Positions 41,821 through 53,385 of a stretch of DNA of 64,000 bases are shown in pieces; position 1 is the first letter of the stretch; every line of letters begins with the position of its first letter. Source of the stretch: Eledone cirrhosa (lineage: Eukaryota); assembly GCA_964016885.1 (NCBI GenBank), contig OZ024740.1, positions 295,120,001 through 295,184,000 of the forward strand, read 5' to 3'. The notes beneath the pieces were generated by a model that saw only the letters and a program-made list of their open reading frames with translations, was not told where the DNA came from and did not search any database. A program made the position numbers and the translations under genes.

Positions 41821-42212
41821 GGGCGGTGGATTGGCAGTATCGGTAGAGGGTCGGACGCCATGCTTTCCAGCATAGTTACGTCCCTTTACGATCTGAGTTC
41901 AAATCCCGCCGAGGTTGACTTTGCCTTTCATCCTTACGGGGTCGATAAAATAAAGTACCAGTAATGCACTGGGTAATTGCTGGCCTTGTGCCTAAAGTAG
42001 AAACAATTATTTTTACATAAGATAGTGGATTGGCAGTATCGGCAAAGGGTCGGACACCATGCTTTGCTGTATAGAGTTACGGCCCTTTACCTTCTGAGTT
42101 CAAATCCCGCCGAGGTTAACTTTGCCTTTCATTCTTACGGGGTCGATAAAATAAAGTACCAGTAATGCACTGAGATAATTGCTGGCCTTGTGCCAAAAGT
42201 AGAAACAATTAT
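41821..42212 (+). mobile_element. Two tandem tRNA-derived SINEs (41821-42010, 42022-42212)
   Basis: Full-length copies with B box GAGTTCAAATCC and 3' AAAGTAGAAACAATT. Confidence 0.88.
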
Positions 42213-42594
42213 TTTTGCATAAGAGAGGATTTAGTAGCAGTTGGGTATGTTTTACGGTTTTCGGTAACGATCTGTAAAACAAATTGTTTCTCAGTTTCAT
42301 CTTTTGTGAGAATATTATTGTAATCCTGAATGAGTTTGACACCTCTTTCTGCAACATCATTCACAAGTCTTCTCAAGTTTTTCAAATCCATTTTTGTAAC
42401 CAGGATCATCCTTCCATGTTGAAGAAATCGGTGCTGATAGAAAATCACGTGAAGAAAGTTTTTGTACCAGGAGTTACAAAAGACGAAAACTCGATGTTTG
42501 TAAAAGAAGAAAAGTTATTTTGGTGCAGGATGTACCTCTTCAGTTGATTTTTTCTTCTTCTTCACCTTTGTCAACTTGAGCAATATTTGCCTTA

Positions 42595-42892
42595 ACCTCT
42601 CCTTGCTCTCCTTACTCTCCTTTTATCCTTGCTCTCCTTTTCTCCTTGCTCTTCTTGCTCTCCTTGCTCTCCTTGCTCTCCTTTTATCATTGCTCTCCTT
42701 TTCTCCTTCCTCTCCTTGCTCTCTTTGCTCTCCTTACTCTCCTTGCTCGCCTTTTCTCATTGCTCTCCTTGCTCTCCCTTTCTCCTTGCCCTCCTTGCTC
42801 TCCTTGCTCTACTTTTATCCTTTCTCTCCCTTTATCCTTGCTCGTCTTTTCTCATTGCTCTCCTTGCTCTCCTTTTCTCCTTACTCTCCTTT
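42595..42892. repeat. Pyrimidine-rich 9-bp repeat (CCTTGCTCT)n
   Basis: Direct reading. Confidence 0.9.
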
Positions 42893-42904
42893 GATATATA
42901 AATA

Positions 42905-42935
<31 letters not shown>

Positions 42936-44240
42936 ATATATATATATATTACTCATTTCTCTCAGCTGTCAACCATATACGGATATTAGGGTGGCCCTTA
43001 GCAATAGGTCATTTTCCGAAAGTTAAAATTTTGTTGCTCCCACAGCGAAAAATAGGTGTTTGTTCTATACCTGCGTTCTGTCCCCAGCTTTGCAAGTTGC
43101 CTTCCCCATTATATTTATTGTTACTTATCCTTCTAATACCAAGAATAAGTCTGAACAAGTTTTTAATTTAAGAGAAAATTATATAAGAGATAAAAAATTT
43201 TTATTTGAAAAAATGACTTTCCGGGCGAAAACTTCAAAATGAGGGGTCGCCTTGAGGTAAAATTTTGCATAGATTAGTTTTTGTTAATTGGAACAAGATA
43301 GGAGGGTGGGAGCTAAACTTTTAGAAAGTTGAAAAATAAGGGCCACCCTAATCAATACTTTCTCACACCATTCCTCATTTCAGCACCACCGTCATCTTTG
43401 TCAAATTTTAATTTGTAGTTCGTTTTAAGTTCCGATCTCACACCATTTCTCATTTCATTACCATTGTTTTCTTTGCCACCTTTTTACACCCACGCTCTCC
43501 TTTTATCCTTGCTCTCCTTGATGACAGTTGTGGTGAAGTATATGGTGCTGGTGCTATGCTCGTGCCTCGTTGGAATGTCGTATGTGTTGGTGGGGTTGAT
43601 GGTTGTGGATGTATGGCGATGTGTTTGGTGGTGGTGGGTGTTTCGTAATGAATGCGACATGACATTTACAGGATCGAAGCTTACAACGGGTTACAAGTTA
43701 AAGTTTACACCCACGCTCACAACATGTTTCCTCACTTGCGTGTGTGCACACATGCATATGTATGTCTTATGTATATGTGTATGAGTGTATATATATGTAT
43801 GTGTGTGTGTATATATATATATCCTCCCTTGCTAAACCCCACGTGGATTTAGTAACGGGTTCTTCTGTATATTCGAACGAAATGCCTGTTGAGAAAGTGG
43901 TTTTCCCCGTTCATCTTTTTGCCAGAAGCCGAATATTTTTTATGTAAGCTGACGGTAACTGATTTAGGAGCCGCAGAAACTAAAAAGATGGAATTTACCA
44001 TCATTCTAGCGGGTCCGGGTAAAGATTTTTCATTCATTTATATTATTATTTGTCTGACCCGAATTTTCCTGGTCGTTTTTTTCGGCTGTACGAGTGATTT
44101 TAAGCATTATCTCCGTGTGTTGGTATTTAAACGATAGTTATAGCTCTGGTTTATCCAAACTATTGAGCCCTTTGCCACGCATTTCGAAGATTGTGTTTCG
44201 TTATTTTGTGGGCCGAAATTCCGATTCTCGATAATTTATT

Positions 44241-44278
<38 letters not shown>

Positions 44279-44495
44279 AATATAAAAGGATCGATCGACT
44301 TTCGTCAAATCGGACCGAGGAAACAATGTTTCCGTTAGTCTTTCCAGTTGCTAGAACTCTCTATCGGTCGCAACTCCAGGTAGAAGGAACAACGTGAAAT
44401 AAAGTGTCTTGCTCAAGGACATAACGCATCGCGTATATATATGGGTGTGTGTGTGTGTGGGGGGGGGGGGGGTCTGCGTGTGCATGTATATATAC

Positions 44496-44541
<46 letters not shown>

Positions 44542-44598
44542 GTTCACACCCTTGCTCACATGTTCCCTCACTTATGTGTGTATATGTATATATGTATG

Positions 44599-44667
<69 letters not shown>

Positions 44668-45060
44668 GTGTATATGTGTGCGTGTGTGTGTGTGCGTGTG
44701 TGTGTGTGTCTGGTCCCATATCTATACACTTTGTGTGTGCATGGATGTATACAAGTGTGTATGTGTGTGTGTATGTATGTGTACACCCATGCCCACTTCA
44801 TGTTTCCTCACTCGTGTGATATACATACATATATATATATCAGCCTCAACATACGCGCCAAACTGTCTAGCGACAGTCAAAACACCATACCTATGTCCCT
44901 CACCACCACCTCATCACTACACTCACCCCCCTCACATACACTACAGGCGAAAACATTCCTTAGAATTAACCCACCAATCAAAACAAATTTCACTGACAGC
45001 ATTTGAACATTAGACTTTCTCGTACGCCATGTATATTCATTCTCTCATTACCACCGAAGA

Positions 45061-45135
45061 GGTCCGACGAGCCACTGATTACAGAGTCGGGCTAGATCGA
45101 ACCTTGAGCTGATCAATAGCGAAACGCGCGTCACC
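45061..45135 (+). ncRNA. Degenerate hammerhead (U4>C) in a pLTR relic
   Basis: ggt CCGACGA GC..TGATT-loop-GATCA..GC GAAA C gcgc GTC acc. Confidence 0.55.
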
Positions 45136-45288
45136 AACCAATATACGTAATGAAGGAGTAACCACTCGTCCTTGTTTTATCTTATTATACTACACTCTGT
45201 CTAGCTCTACACCTCGATACCGACGTGAACCTAAACATCGAATGCTCACCCGAGGGAACCTACAGTAACTCCGAGTTACACTCCCTGG

Positions 45289-45320
<32 letters not shown>

Positions 45321-45362
45321 TATATATACATTTTTTTCTTGCAAAGAACCATAGCGGGAGGG

Positions 45363-45406
45363 ATCGTCCTGATGAGAACCAGTTAAGTTCAAAATGCATC
45401 GACGAT
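45363..45406 (+). ncRNA. Hammerhead relic (G12>A)
   Basis: ATCGTC CTGATGA GAAC cagttaa GTTC AAAA T gc ATC GACGAT. Confidence 0.6.
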
Positions 45407-45784
45407 TGTCCTCCTTGCTACTGCTGGAAACCACCAGGTGGCGATATCCGCCGGTGTTTTTGCATAGCTACGGCTTTCTAAATGTTTATTTATAAACATA
45501 CCGTATTTCTTTAGAAAAACGAATCGAACATTACTATTAATGTTCGATGTAACCCATACGTACATGTGTCTATGTATATATATATCTAGTAAGTATGTTT
45601 TGAAACAGTGAGCAGGTTTCAAATTAGAAAATAGAATAGCTTTCACCGTATTTTTGACTAAAGGAATTTTAGCCTGATAATGGGGCTTAGAACCCTCAGA
45701 TAAATGGAAAAAGATGAGTATTGACGTACATGTACGTCAATACTCATCTTTTTAAAATTCCTTTAGTCAAAAATACGGTGAAAG

Positions 45785-45887
<103 letters not shown>

Positions 45888-46451
45888 TATATTTTACCCG
45901 CCAAAAACCGGGGGTTGCTTCCCTTGTTGGAAATAACACGTGACAACGAAATGACTGAAGGCTGTCTTTTGTAGCGGTCGCATTGAGTTGCAGTTCACAT
46001 CGGTTTGAGGTATAGAACGAAATACCTGTCGATGAAGTGAATTGGATTGATGATTTCGGATTCATAGAAACATATCGGACGTATTGCAGAATATCGTTCG
46101 ATTTGTCCAGGTCTGTTGTCTAACCTGATTAGCATTTTCGTTGTTTTGGTATTGTATGGTTGGGTTTTGCCTGCCACAATTTTCAATTTGTCAAGTTATC
46201 TAAACGTAATGTTATTACTCTAAGGACCTACCATTATTGAGTGCTTTGCTACTCATTCCTAATTGTAGGTCGACTTTGCTTGGCCGCAGCCAAAGCTTCG
46301 ATTTTACTAAACTTCCACTTGTATATATATATATATATATATCAATGATGGTTGGCAAATCACTGACGAAGGACTAATTTTATCATATGTAACCCATGTG
46401 CAACCACGCAGTATTCTTCTTTCTTCTCATGTTTTATATATATATATATAT

Positions 46452-47490
46452 AGTAATAATAATAAATTTGAAGACTAAAATCCAAAGAGGGCTCGATAAG
46501 GATAAATATATATCAAATATATAAGAACCGTAGAGCAAATATTTATTAAAATAACAGATTAAAGTTTAAGCAAAGAATCGCTGCTTTCACCCTTAACGGG
46601 ATCTTCTGAAACTAACAAAGTCAATCTGTAAACGCAGAAGTGGATATTTAAAAAAACGTTGCAACCGGAGGAAGACAGGAAGACGATACTTTGGTTCGTG
46701 GAAACGTTCCCTGGCAAAGTACAGGAAAAAACGAATATAATACGTCATAAATAGGAGCGGTGAAAAACAATTACACGCAAAGACAGAACCACGTTTATGG
46801 TATAAAAGAAGTCGTAGACTAATATTCTCTTAGGTGGTTCATAGAGACGTTCTCTGGCAATGAACGGAAAAAACGAAGATAATACGTCATATGTGGTGCG
46901 TGGAGAACAATTTATATGTGCGTGTATTTGTATACCTATGGCGAGTGTTTTCGCGTATGCTTGTGTATGTACGTATTTGGATGCGTGTATGTATTTATTT
47001 AATTTCAATTACCTCTGTATTTTATTTAATTTACTTTATTCTTAACTCTGAAGCGGAGAATCATTCGGTTTCCTAGTTAGAATTTTAGCCTACGACTTCA
47101 GCTATACCATTTGCGTTCAATTGTTCTCCACGCACCACATATGACGTATTATCTTCGTTTTTTCCGTTCATTGCCAGAGAACGTCTCTATGAACCACCTA
47201 AGAGAATATTAGCCTACGACTTCTTTTATACCATAAACGTGGTTCTGTCTTTGCGTGTAATTGTTTTTCACCGCTCCAATTAATGACGTATTATATTCGT
47301 TTTTTCCTGTTCTTTGCCAGGGAACGTTTCCACGAACCAAAGTATCGTCTTCCTGTTTTCCTCCGGTTGCAACGTTTTTGAAATATTCACTCCTGCGTTT
47401 ACAGATTGACTTTGTTAGTTTCAGAAGATCCCGTTAAGGGTGAGAGCAGCGATTCTTTGCTTAAACTTTAATCTGTTATTTTAATAAATA
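46452..47490. mobile_element. Non-coding fold-back derivative of the 10.1-13.8 kb PLE family
   Basis: 46545-46912 mirrors 47118-47490; both match the pLTR at 10104-10480. Confidence 0.85.
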
Positions 47491-47514
47491 TATAAATATA
47501 TATATATATATTTG

Positions 47515-47546
<32 letters not shown>

Positions 47547-47553
47547 TATATAT

Positions 47554-47586
<33 letters not shown>

Positions 47587-47644
47587 TATTTCGTTTCTGA
47601 ATTTGTTTAGCAAGATTCTTTATCTGAAAACGTGTGTTGAAACC

Positions 47645-48030
47645 GATATTGTTATACTTTGGGAGGGTCATGTTGAAAATAAGAAACACACGCAACAAGT
47701 TGCTTTCACTTGAATTTATTATAATAAATTTATAAATTTAGGAATTTATAAATTTCCGGTTGGTTGGTTGGTTCCACAACCAGATAGTTGTTTATATATT
47801 CTGTGACCTCTTCAGTGACTGGGGAATCCCCAGTCACTGAAGAGGTTACAGAATGTGTGACGAAAGAACTTTGACAATATATAAACAACCATCTGGTTGT
47901 GGAACCAACCAACCAACCGGAAATTTATAAATTCCTAAATTTATAAATTTATTATAATAAATTGAAGTGAAAGCAACTGGTGCGTGTGTTTCTTATTGGC
48001 CACATGACCCTCCCAAAGTATAACAATATA
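47645..48030. mobile_element. Palindromic pLTR element with hammerhead at 47833-47875(+)
   Basis: Centre GGGGAATCCCC; GTCA CTGAAGA gGTTACA gaatg TGTGAC GAAA G aa CTT TGAC. Confidence 0.75.
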
Positions 48031-48039
48031 TATATATAT

Positions 48040-48248
48040 ATAAGTTGTAATAAAATGAAAACGAAATTTCATTTCTCACTCTTAGTACGGCACTTACTAC
48101 AGTGTTGAACAAAAAGGTGACGTGGTTGCCTTAACACCGTACGGCATAAATTCAGGCTGTTCAGTTTGTTTACAAACGAACAAAGCGGGCGTTATAATAA
48201 GCGTCCGCTAAACTGATACGTACATATATGTGTGTGTACCTGTATGTA

Positions 48249-48330
<82 letters not shown>

Positions 48331-48783
48331 TGCTACTGTACGTCTGTATACATATATGTATGTACGTATACATACATACTTACATTTAAGTAAGTGCCGT
48401 ACTAAGAGTGAGAAATGAAGTTTTCATTTTATTACAACTTATCGTTTTCGGTACGCCTGGCCGATTGAACTCACTCGATATGCAAATTAGGCTGCTCAGT
48501 CGTTAATTTTCATAAGGAAAGTATATACTTTCGAACGTTCAACCATCTGGCAGAAGGGTATACGGTGCTGATGATAGCTAACAAGCTTGAAACTAGTACA
48601 TCGTTCCTGTGTCAGTGTTGAACAAAAAGGTGACGTGGTTGCCTTAACACCGTACGGCATAAATTCAGGCTGTTCAGTTTGTTTACAAACGAACAAAGCG
48701 GACATTATAATAAGCGTCCGCTAAACTGATACGTACATATATGTATGTGTACCTGTATGTATATATGTATATATATATATATA
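48040..48783 (+). mobile_element. Non-coding pLTR-type element: inverted end plus ~512-bp tandem unit; second unit resumes at 53236-53299 after the PLE insertion
   Basis: 48040-48097 mirrors 48389-48442; 48100-48260 repeats at 48612-48772. Confidence 0.75.
48562..48604 (+). ncRNA. Minimal type I hammerhead
   Basis: ACGGTG CTGATGA t AGCT aaca AGCT t GAAA C ta GTA CATCGT. Confidence 0.82.
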
Positions 48784-49282
48784 TATTAATAAGAGGAATT
48801 CCAACTTTGTCTGATTTACTCGTTTTATTTACAATCCTTTAAAATATATATAAAATGGTATTATAATGAAATAGTATGATAGAATATTAAATTCTAAGTG
48901 TTAATTGAACAAGTACTTTCATGCTTTCGCAATCTTCAGGTTCATGATATGTGGTGACAGTCGAGTTTGCAATTTTCAACTGTAATGAGATGGGTAAATT
49001 TCCTACCTTTTATACATTTTATACAGAGAAAAGTGGCTCCAGAATGCAAAGCCCTGTAAACTGTATTTCGACCAATCAGTGTGTAGTTTCACTGAATTAC
49101 TACAGCTGGTTGGTTTAAGCGTCACGGCTGGTTGAGCATGCTAACGACCAATAGTCATATCCAACGTATCAACAGACGGAAAACTTATAACTGAACATAT
49201 AAACTCTGAAATTAAGAATTTAGCTGAAATTATACCAACAGTTATCAAAGATACAAGAGAAAGCCTACCACAACCCCCTTGG

Positions 49283-50389
49283 ATGTCAGAAATAAACGAA
49301 AGAAATTTGGAAAACAAAACACATCGAATAAGAAAAGAAATGTGGAAGACATGGAAAAAATTCCTTAACATAAGAAAACAAAATTTCTGGAAAGCATACA
49401 GATGCGAAAAATATGTCGAAACACATTCGAAATGGCTCTCTCTAACGGCACCCATACTCCCTCGTAAATACCTAATTACAGAAATTGCAGGAGAACCAGA
49501 AGAAGAAACAAAACTCCGATGGGAACTTACATTGACAAAATTCAGGACCGACATCTCCATTTCTGAATGTAAACAATCCCGCTACAAAGCCAAATATGAA
49601 GCTATTGATGACCAAATTGAAGTTGAAATTTCAAAGCTAACGACTGGTATTATAGCTGAAAAACTACGAGAACTATGGATCGGAGATATCTCAAAAGAAG
49701 AAAACAAATCAAGAAAGGTATGGCAGCAGAAACAATTATTTCTCGATGAATATGCTGCAAATTACGGTAAAGACTCTGGAACCCTGAGAAAAAGCATTAA
49801 AAGTGGACAATCTCATCAACACAACATACGCCAGAACACGTGCCAACACAAACACTCACCTTACCTTGAATCAAAGAAGAACTACGGTAATAACTCTTCG
49901 CTTTTTCTACAAAAACACCCTATCGCACACAACATGAACAAAAAGCACAAACACGATAGGTATTCCTTTGACCAGACCATGAGAAGTAGTAAAACCAGGA
50001 GATCATTCTCAAGATCTCAACAGAGACTACCAACAAGGAATGTGGAAACAAAACGTAGAATAACCAGATCACTCTCAAGATCTCAACAGAGATTGCCCAC
50101 AAGAAACTGGACGAAAAAACGATCTAAACCTGAAAGCAAACCTAGGTCATTTTCCCAGATTGTTAAAAATAATGCTAACAGGAAGAAAAATAATATACAG
50201 AATACCAAAAATAGGACAAAATACATAACGAAACCAAATATAATATCACGACCAAAAGTTCATCAAGCGAACACCAACAGGAATATAAATCCTGAACAGA
50301 GAAAAATTCATTTTTTAACGTCAGGACAACAAAAACCGGAAAAAGAAAAACTCCAGGAGGAAACATACCCAAAACAGCTGTACACGTAG
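49283..50389 (+). CDS. PLE ORF1-like basic protein; frame open from 49145, probably 5'-truncated
   Basis: 368-aa open frame, helical N-half, K/R/N-rich C-half, SRSQQRLPTRN twice. Confidence 0.7.
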   Translation: MSEINERNLENKTHRIRKEMWKTWKKFLNIRKQNFWKAYRCEKYVETHSKWLSLTAPILPRKYLITEIAGEPEEETKLRWELTLTKFRTDISISECKQSRYKAKYEAIDDQIEVEISKLTTGIIAEKLRELWIGDISKEENKSRKVWQQKQLFLDEYAANYGKDSGTLRKSIKSGQSHQHNIRQNTCQHKHSPYLESKKNYGNNSSLFLQKHPIAHNMNKKHKHDRYSFDQTMRSSKTRRSFSRSQQRLPTRNVETKRRITRSLSRSQQRLPTRNWTKKRSKPESKPRSFSQIVKNNANRKKNNIQNTKNRTKYITKPNIISRPKVHQANTNRNINPEQRKIHFLTSGQQKPEKEKLQEETYPKQLYT

Positions 50390-52623
50390 ATCCTAAAATA
50401 ATTAATTTATCTAAAAGAGATCTTGACAATGATGAAATGCAAATTCTGTCAAAAGGACTGAAATTCACACCGACTCCAACAGTCAACCACCAAGAACTGA
50501 AGGAGGATACCCAAGAATTCTGTCGAAAATTACGTCTTGTAGAATTCTTCGCTGATAAAAATAATGAGAGTGATGAATCACTAGTAAAGAATAAATCAAA
50601 TTTCACTCCGCCAAAAGGAAGAAATATCTATCTCGACCAATACATTGACATCCTGTCTAAATTTCCTCTTAGACATAATACTAATGTTAGGCCAAACATT
50701 AACAAATCAGAAATGTCTGCACTTAAACGTATACAAAATGACAAAACAATAATAATTAAACAAGCAGATAAAGGGGGTGCAGTTGTTATAATGGATACTG
50801 AATACTACAAGGATTTGGTTGAGGAACAACTGAAAGACACAACATTCTATCATGAAATACCGTCAAATATAGACCACAACATCATGAAGAAGATCAACAA
50901 CCTGGCTTCAAAATACCACAACTCATTTACTGATAAGGAAAGAGACTACATCACCAATTTTGAGCCGAAACCCAGCAACCTGTATGGCCTACCGAAAGTT
51001 CACAAGTCAAAAGAAATACAACTGGCAGTAAGAGAACAAAACAGTGAGTACATTAAATTATTACACCCAAAAGACTTAAAACTTAGACCTATTATAGCTG
51101 GTCCAACATGCCCCACTCACCGTCTAAGCAATTTTGTTGACATTATTTTGAAACCACTATGTATTCACATACCCAGTTTCATCCGGGATGATATCGACTT
51201 CCTGTCCCATCTTCCCAAAACCACGGAAACGAATTCACTTCTACTCAGTTTTGATGTGGTAAGCCTTTACACCAACATTACACATGATTTAGGAATAAAG
51301 GCGGTTAAATACTGGGTGGAAAAACATAGAGAAGTGATTCCCATTAGATTCACAGCGCCATTTATATTAGACGCAGTTAAACTTATTCTGGAAAACAACA
51401 CTTTCTTCTTCAATGGAAAGAATTACATCCAAATTAGAGGCACAGCGATGGGAACGAAGTTTGCTCCCGTTTACGCGAACTCTGTAATGGGATACTTAGA
51501 ACAACAACTCTACCAAGAAATAGAGGAAAAATATAGTACTGACTTTAGAAAGTACATTGAAAAATCTTGGAAGAGATACCTTGACGACTGTTTCATCATC
51601 TGGACAGAATCTCTAGATACTCTGGATGAGTTCAATATCCTCCTGAATAACCTACACCCATCTCTCCAATTCACAAAAGAGATGAGTAGGACCAAATTAC
51701 CATTCCTAGATATAATGATAATCAAAAACGACACCACCATTACCACGGATATATATTATAAACACACAGACACCCATCAATATCTGAATTTTAAGTCGTG
51801 CCATCCACCTCATACAAAACGCAACATCCCATACTGCCTAGCCAGAAGAATTTGTACCATTGTAGAAGATACGAATACCAGGTACAAACGCCTAACAGAA
51901 CTAAGAGAATTTTTGCTCAAACAAAAATACCCATCTCTACTTATAGAAAATGGCATACAGCGGGCTATAAAAATACCTATACAACAACTTAGAACAACCC
52001 AAAGAAGAAGAAACCAAGAACTGGTCATACCATTTATAATGACACACAACCCATGTCACCAGAATATCTTCAACACTGCCAAAGCAAACCTACCGATCAT
52101 TGCTCAAAGTAATGAATTAAAAGGCTTAATCACAGATCGATCTTTGACTCTTAGTAAAAGACAGCCAAAAAATTTGAAGCAATTGCTAACAAAAGCAAAG
52201 TTTGACCTTAACAACAAAGACCAATCATTCACTGTATCTAAATGCAATGATAATCGATGCGGCACATGTCAATCCATACACGCCGGTCAATATATGAAAA
52301 CAAAAACTGGAAAAATATTCACAAATGCAAATATGAACTGCAAAAGCAGAAATCTAATTTACTGCATTAAATGCCCGAATTGTGAAGAACTATATGTCGG
52401 TCAAACTGGAAATGCACTATCGGAACGTGCACGGGTACACCGTCAACAAATCAGAGACCCAAATGTCCGTCAGATACCCCTAAGCGGCCACCTGGCAACA
52501 TGTGGTCAGGGAATATTTATAATATTCCCATTCTACAAATTACACAGCCCAAGTGAAATCAAGAGAAAAATCAAAGAAAAGAATTTTATTGATAAATTCA
52601 AACCCAAGCTAAATGAACAATAA
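50296..52623 (+). CDS. PLE reverse transcriptase plus GIY-YIG endonuclease (first ATG 50437; frame open from 50296)
   Basis: IINLS, LSKGLKF, ADKGGAVVIMD, YGLPKVHK, LRPII, FDVVSLYT, GTAMGT, RYLDD, PFLD, CxxxxCxxC, LIYCIKCPNC..LYVGQTG. Confidence 0.95.
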   Translation, partial: TEKNSFFNVRTTKTGKRKTPGGNIPKTAVHVDPKIINLSKRDLDNDEMQILSKGLKFTPTPTVNHQELKEDTQEFCRKLRLVEFFADKNNESDESLVKNKSNFTPPKGRNIYLDQYIDILSKFPLRHNTNVRPNINKSEMSALKRIQNDKTIIIKQADKGGAVVIMDTEYYKDLVEEQLKDTTFYHEIPSNIDHNIMKKINNLASKYHNSFTDKERDYITNFEPKPSNLYGLPKVHKSKEIQLAVREQNSEYIKLLHPKDLKLRPIIAGPTCPTHRLSNFVDIILKPLCIHIPSFIRDDIDFLSHLPKTTETNSLLLSFDVVSLYTNITHDLGIKAVKYWVEKHREVIPIRFTAPFILDAVKLILENNTFFFNGKNYIQIRGTAMGTKFAPVYANSVMGYLEQQLYQEIEEKYSTDFRKYIEKSWKRYLDDCFIIWTESLDTLDEFNILLNNLHPSLQFTKEMSRTKLPFLDIMIIKNDTTITTDIYYKHTDTHQYLNFKSCHPPHTKRNIPYCLARRICTIVEDTNTRYKRLTELREFLLKQKYPSLLIENGIQRAIKIPIQQLRTTQRRRNQELVIPFIMTHNPCHQNIFNTAKANLPIIAQSNELKGLITDRSLTLSKRQPKNLKQLLTKAKFDLNNKDQSFTVSKCNDNRCGTCQSIHAGQYMKTKTGKIFTNANMNCKSRNLIYCIKCPNCEELYVGQTGNALSERARVHRQQIRDPNVRQIPLSGHLATCGQGIFIIFPFYKLHSPSEIKRKIKEKNFIDKFKPKLNEQ

Positions 52624-53004
52624 TAACGCCTAGGGGTATTACTTCTACTACCACTATGACCACGACCACTAACAACAACAACAACAACAACAACAATAAT
52701 AATAATAATAAAAGTGATGTTGATGGTGATGATTAATAGAAAATGCTATTTTCATCATTTCAAAAAAGCAAAACAATTGATACGTTGGATATGACTATTG
52801 GTCGTTAGCATGCTCAACCAGCCGTGACGCTTAAACCAATCAGCTGTAGTAATTCAGTGAAACTACACACTGATTGGTCGAAATACAGTTTACAGGGCTT
52901 TGCATTCTGGAGCCACTTTTCTCTGTATAAAATGTATAAAAGGTAGGAAATTTACCCATCTCATTACAGTTGAAAATTGCAAACTCGACTGTCACCACAT
53001 ATCA

Positions 53005-53043
53005 TGAACCTGAAGATTGCGAAAGCATGAAAGTACTTGTTCA
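53005..53043 (+). ncRNA. Minimal hammerhead in 3' pLTR; inverted copy 48906-48944
   Basis: TGAAC CTGAAGA t TGC gaaa GCA t GAAA G ta CTT GTTCA. Confidence 0.8.
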
Positions 53044-53294
53044 ATTAACACTTAGAATTTAATATTCTATCATACTATTTCATTATAATACCATTTTATA
53101 TATATTTTAAAGGATTGTAAATAAAACGAGTAAATCAGACAAAGTTGGAATTCCTCTTATTAATATAATCTTCTATACACAATCATACACACCCGCGTAT
53201 ATTTACCTATCTATATCTATATATATATATATATATATGCATGCTACTGTACGTCTGTATACATATATGTATGTACGTATACATACATACTTAC

Positions 53295-53373
<79 letters not shown>

Positions 53374-53385
53374 CATACATACATA

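Larger units (their letters stand above)
41348..43351 (-). mobile_element. hAT-superfamily (hATm-like) DNA transposon relic with nested SINEs and minisatellite
   Basis: TAGGGTGGCCCTTA-type TIRs at 41348, 42987 and 43351; transposase C-terminus VNDVAERGVKLIQDYN at 42209-42448. Confidence 0.7.
48784..53208 (+). mobile_element. Near-intact Penelope-like retroelement with inverted 5' pLTR (48784-49171) and 3' pLTR (52777-53208)
   Basis: ~390-bp near-perfect inverted repeats, RT plus GIY-YIG ORF, hammerheads, inserted in (TA)n. Confidence 0.95.

Noticed and set aside
41821-41920. Possible tRNA gene
   Set aside because: A/B-box-like head of a multi-copy SINE; no cloverleaf.
42576-42989. Leu-rich membrane-like ORF
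   Set aside because: Product of a 9-bp simple repeat.
43380-44400. Possible host exon in moderately complex sequence
   Set aside because: No convincing ORF, domain or splice pair.
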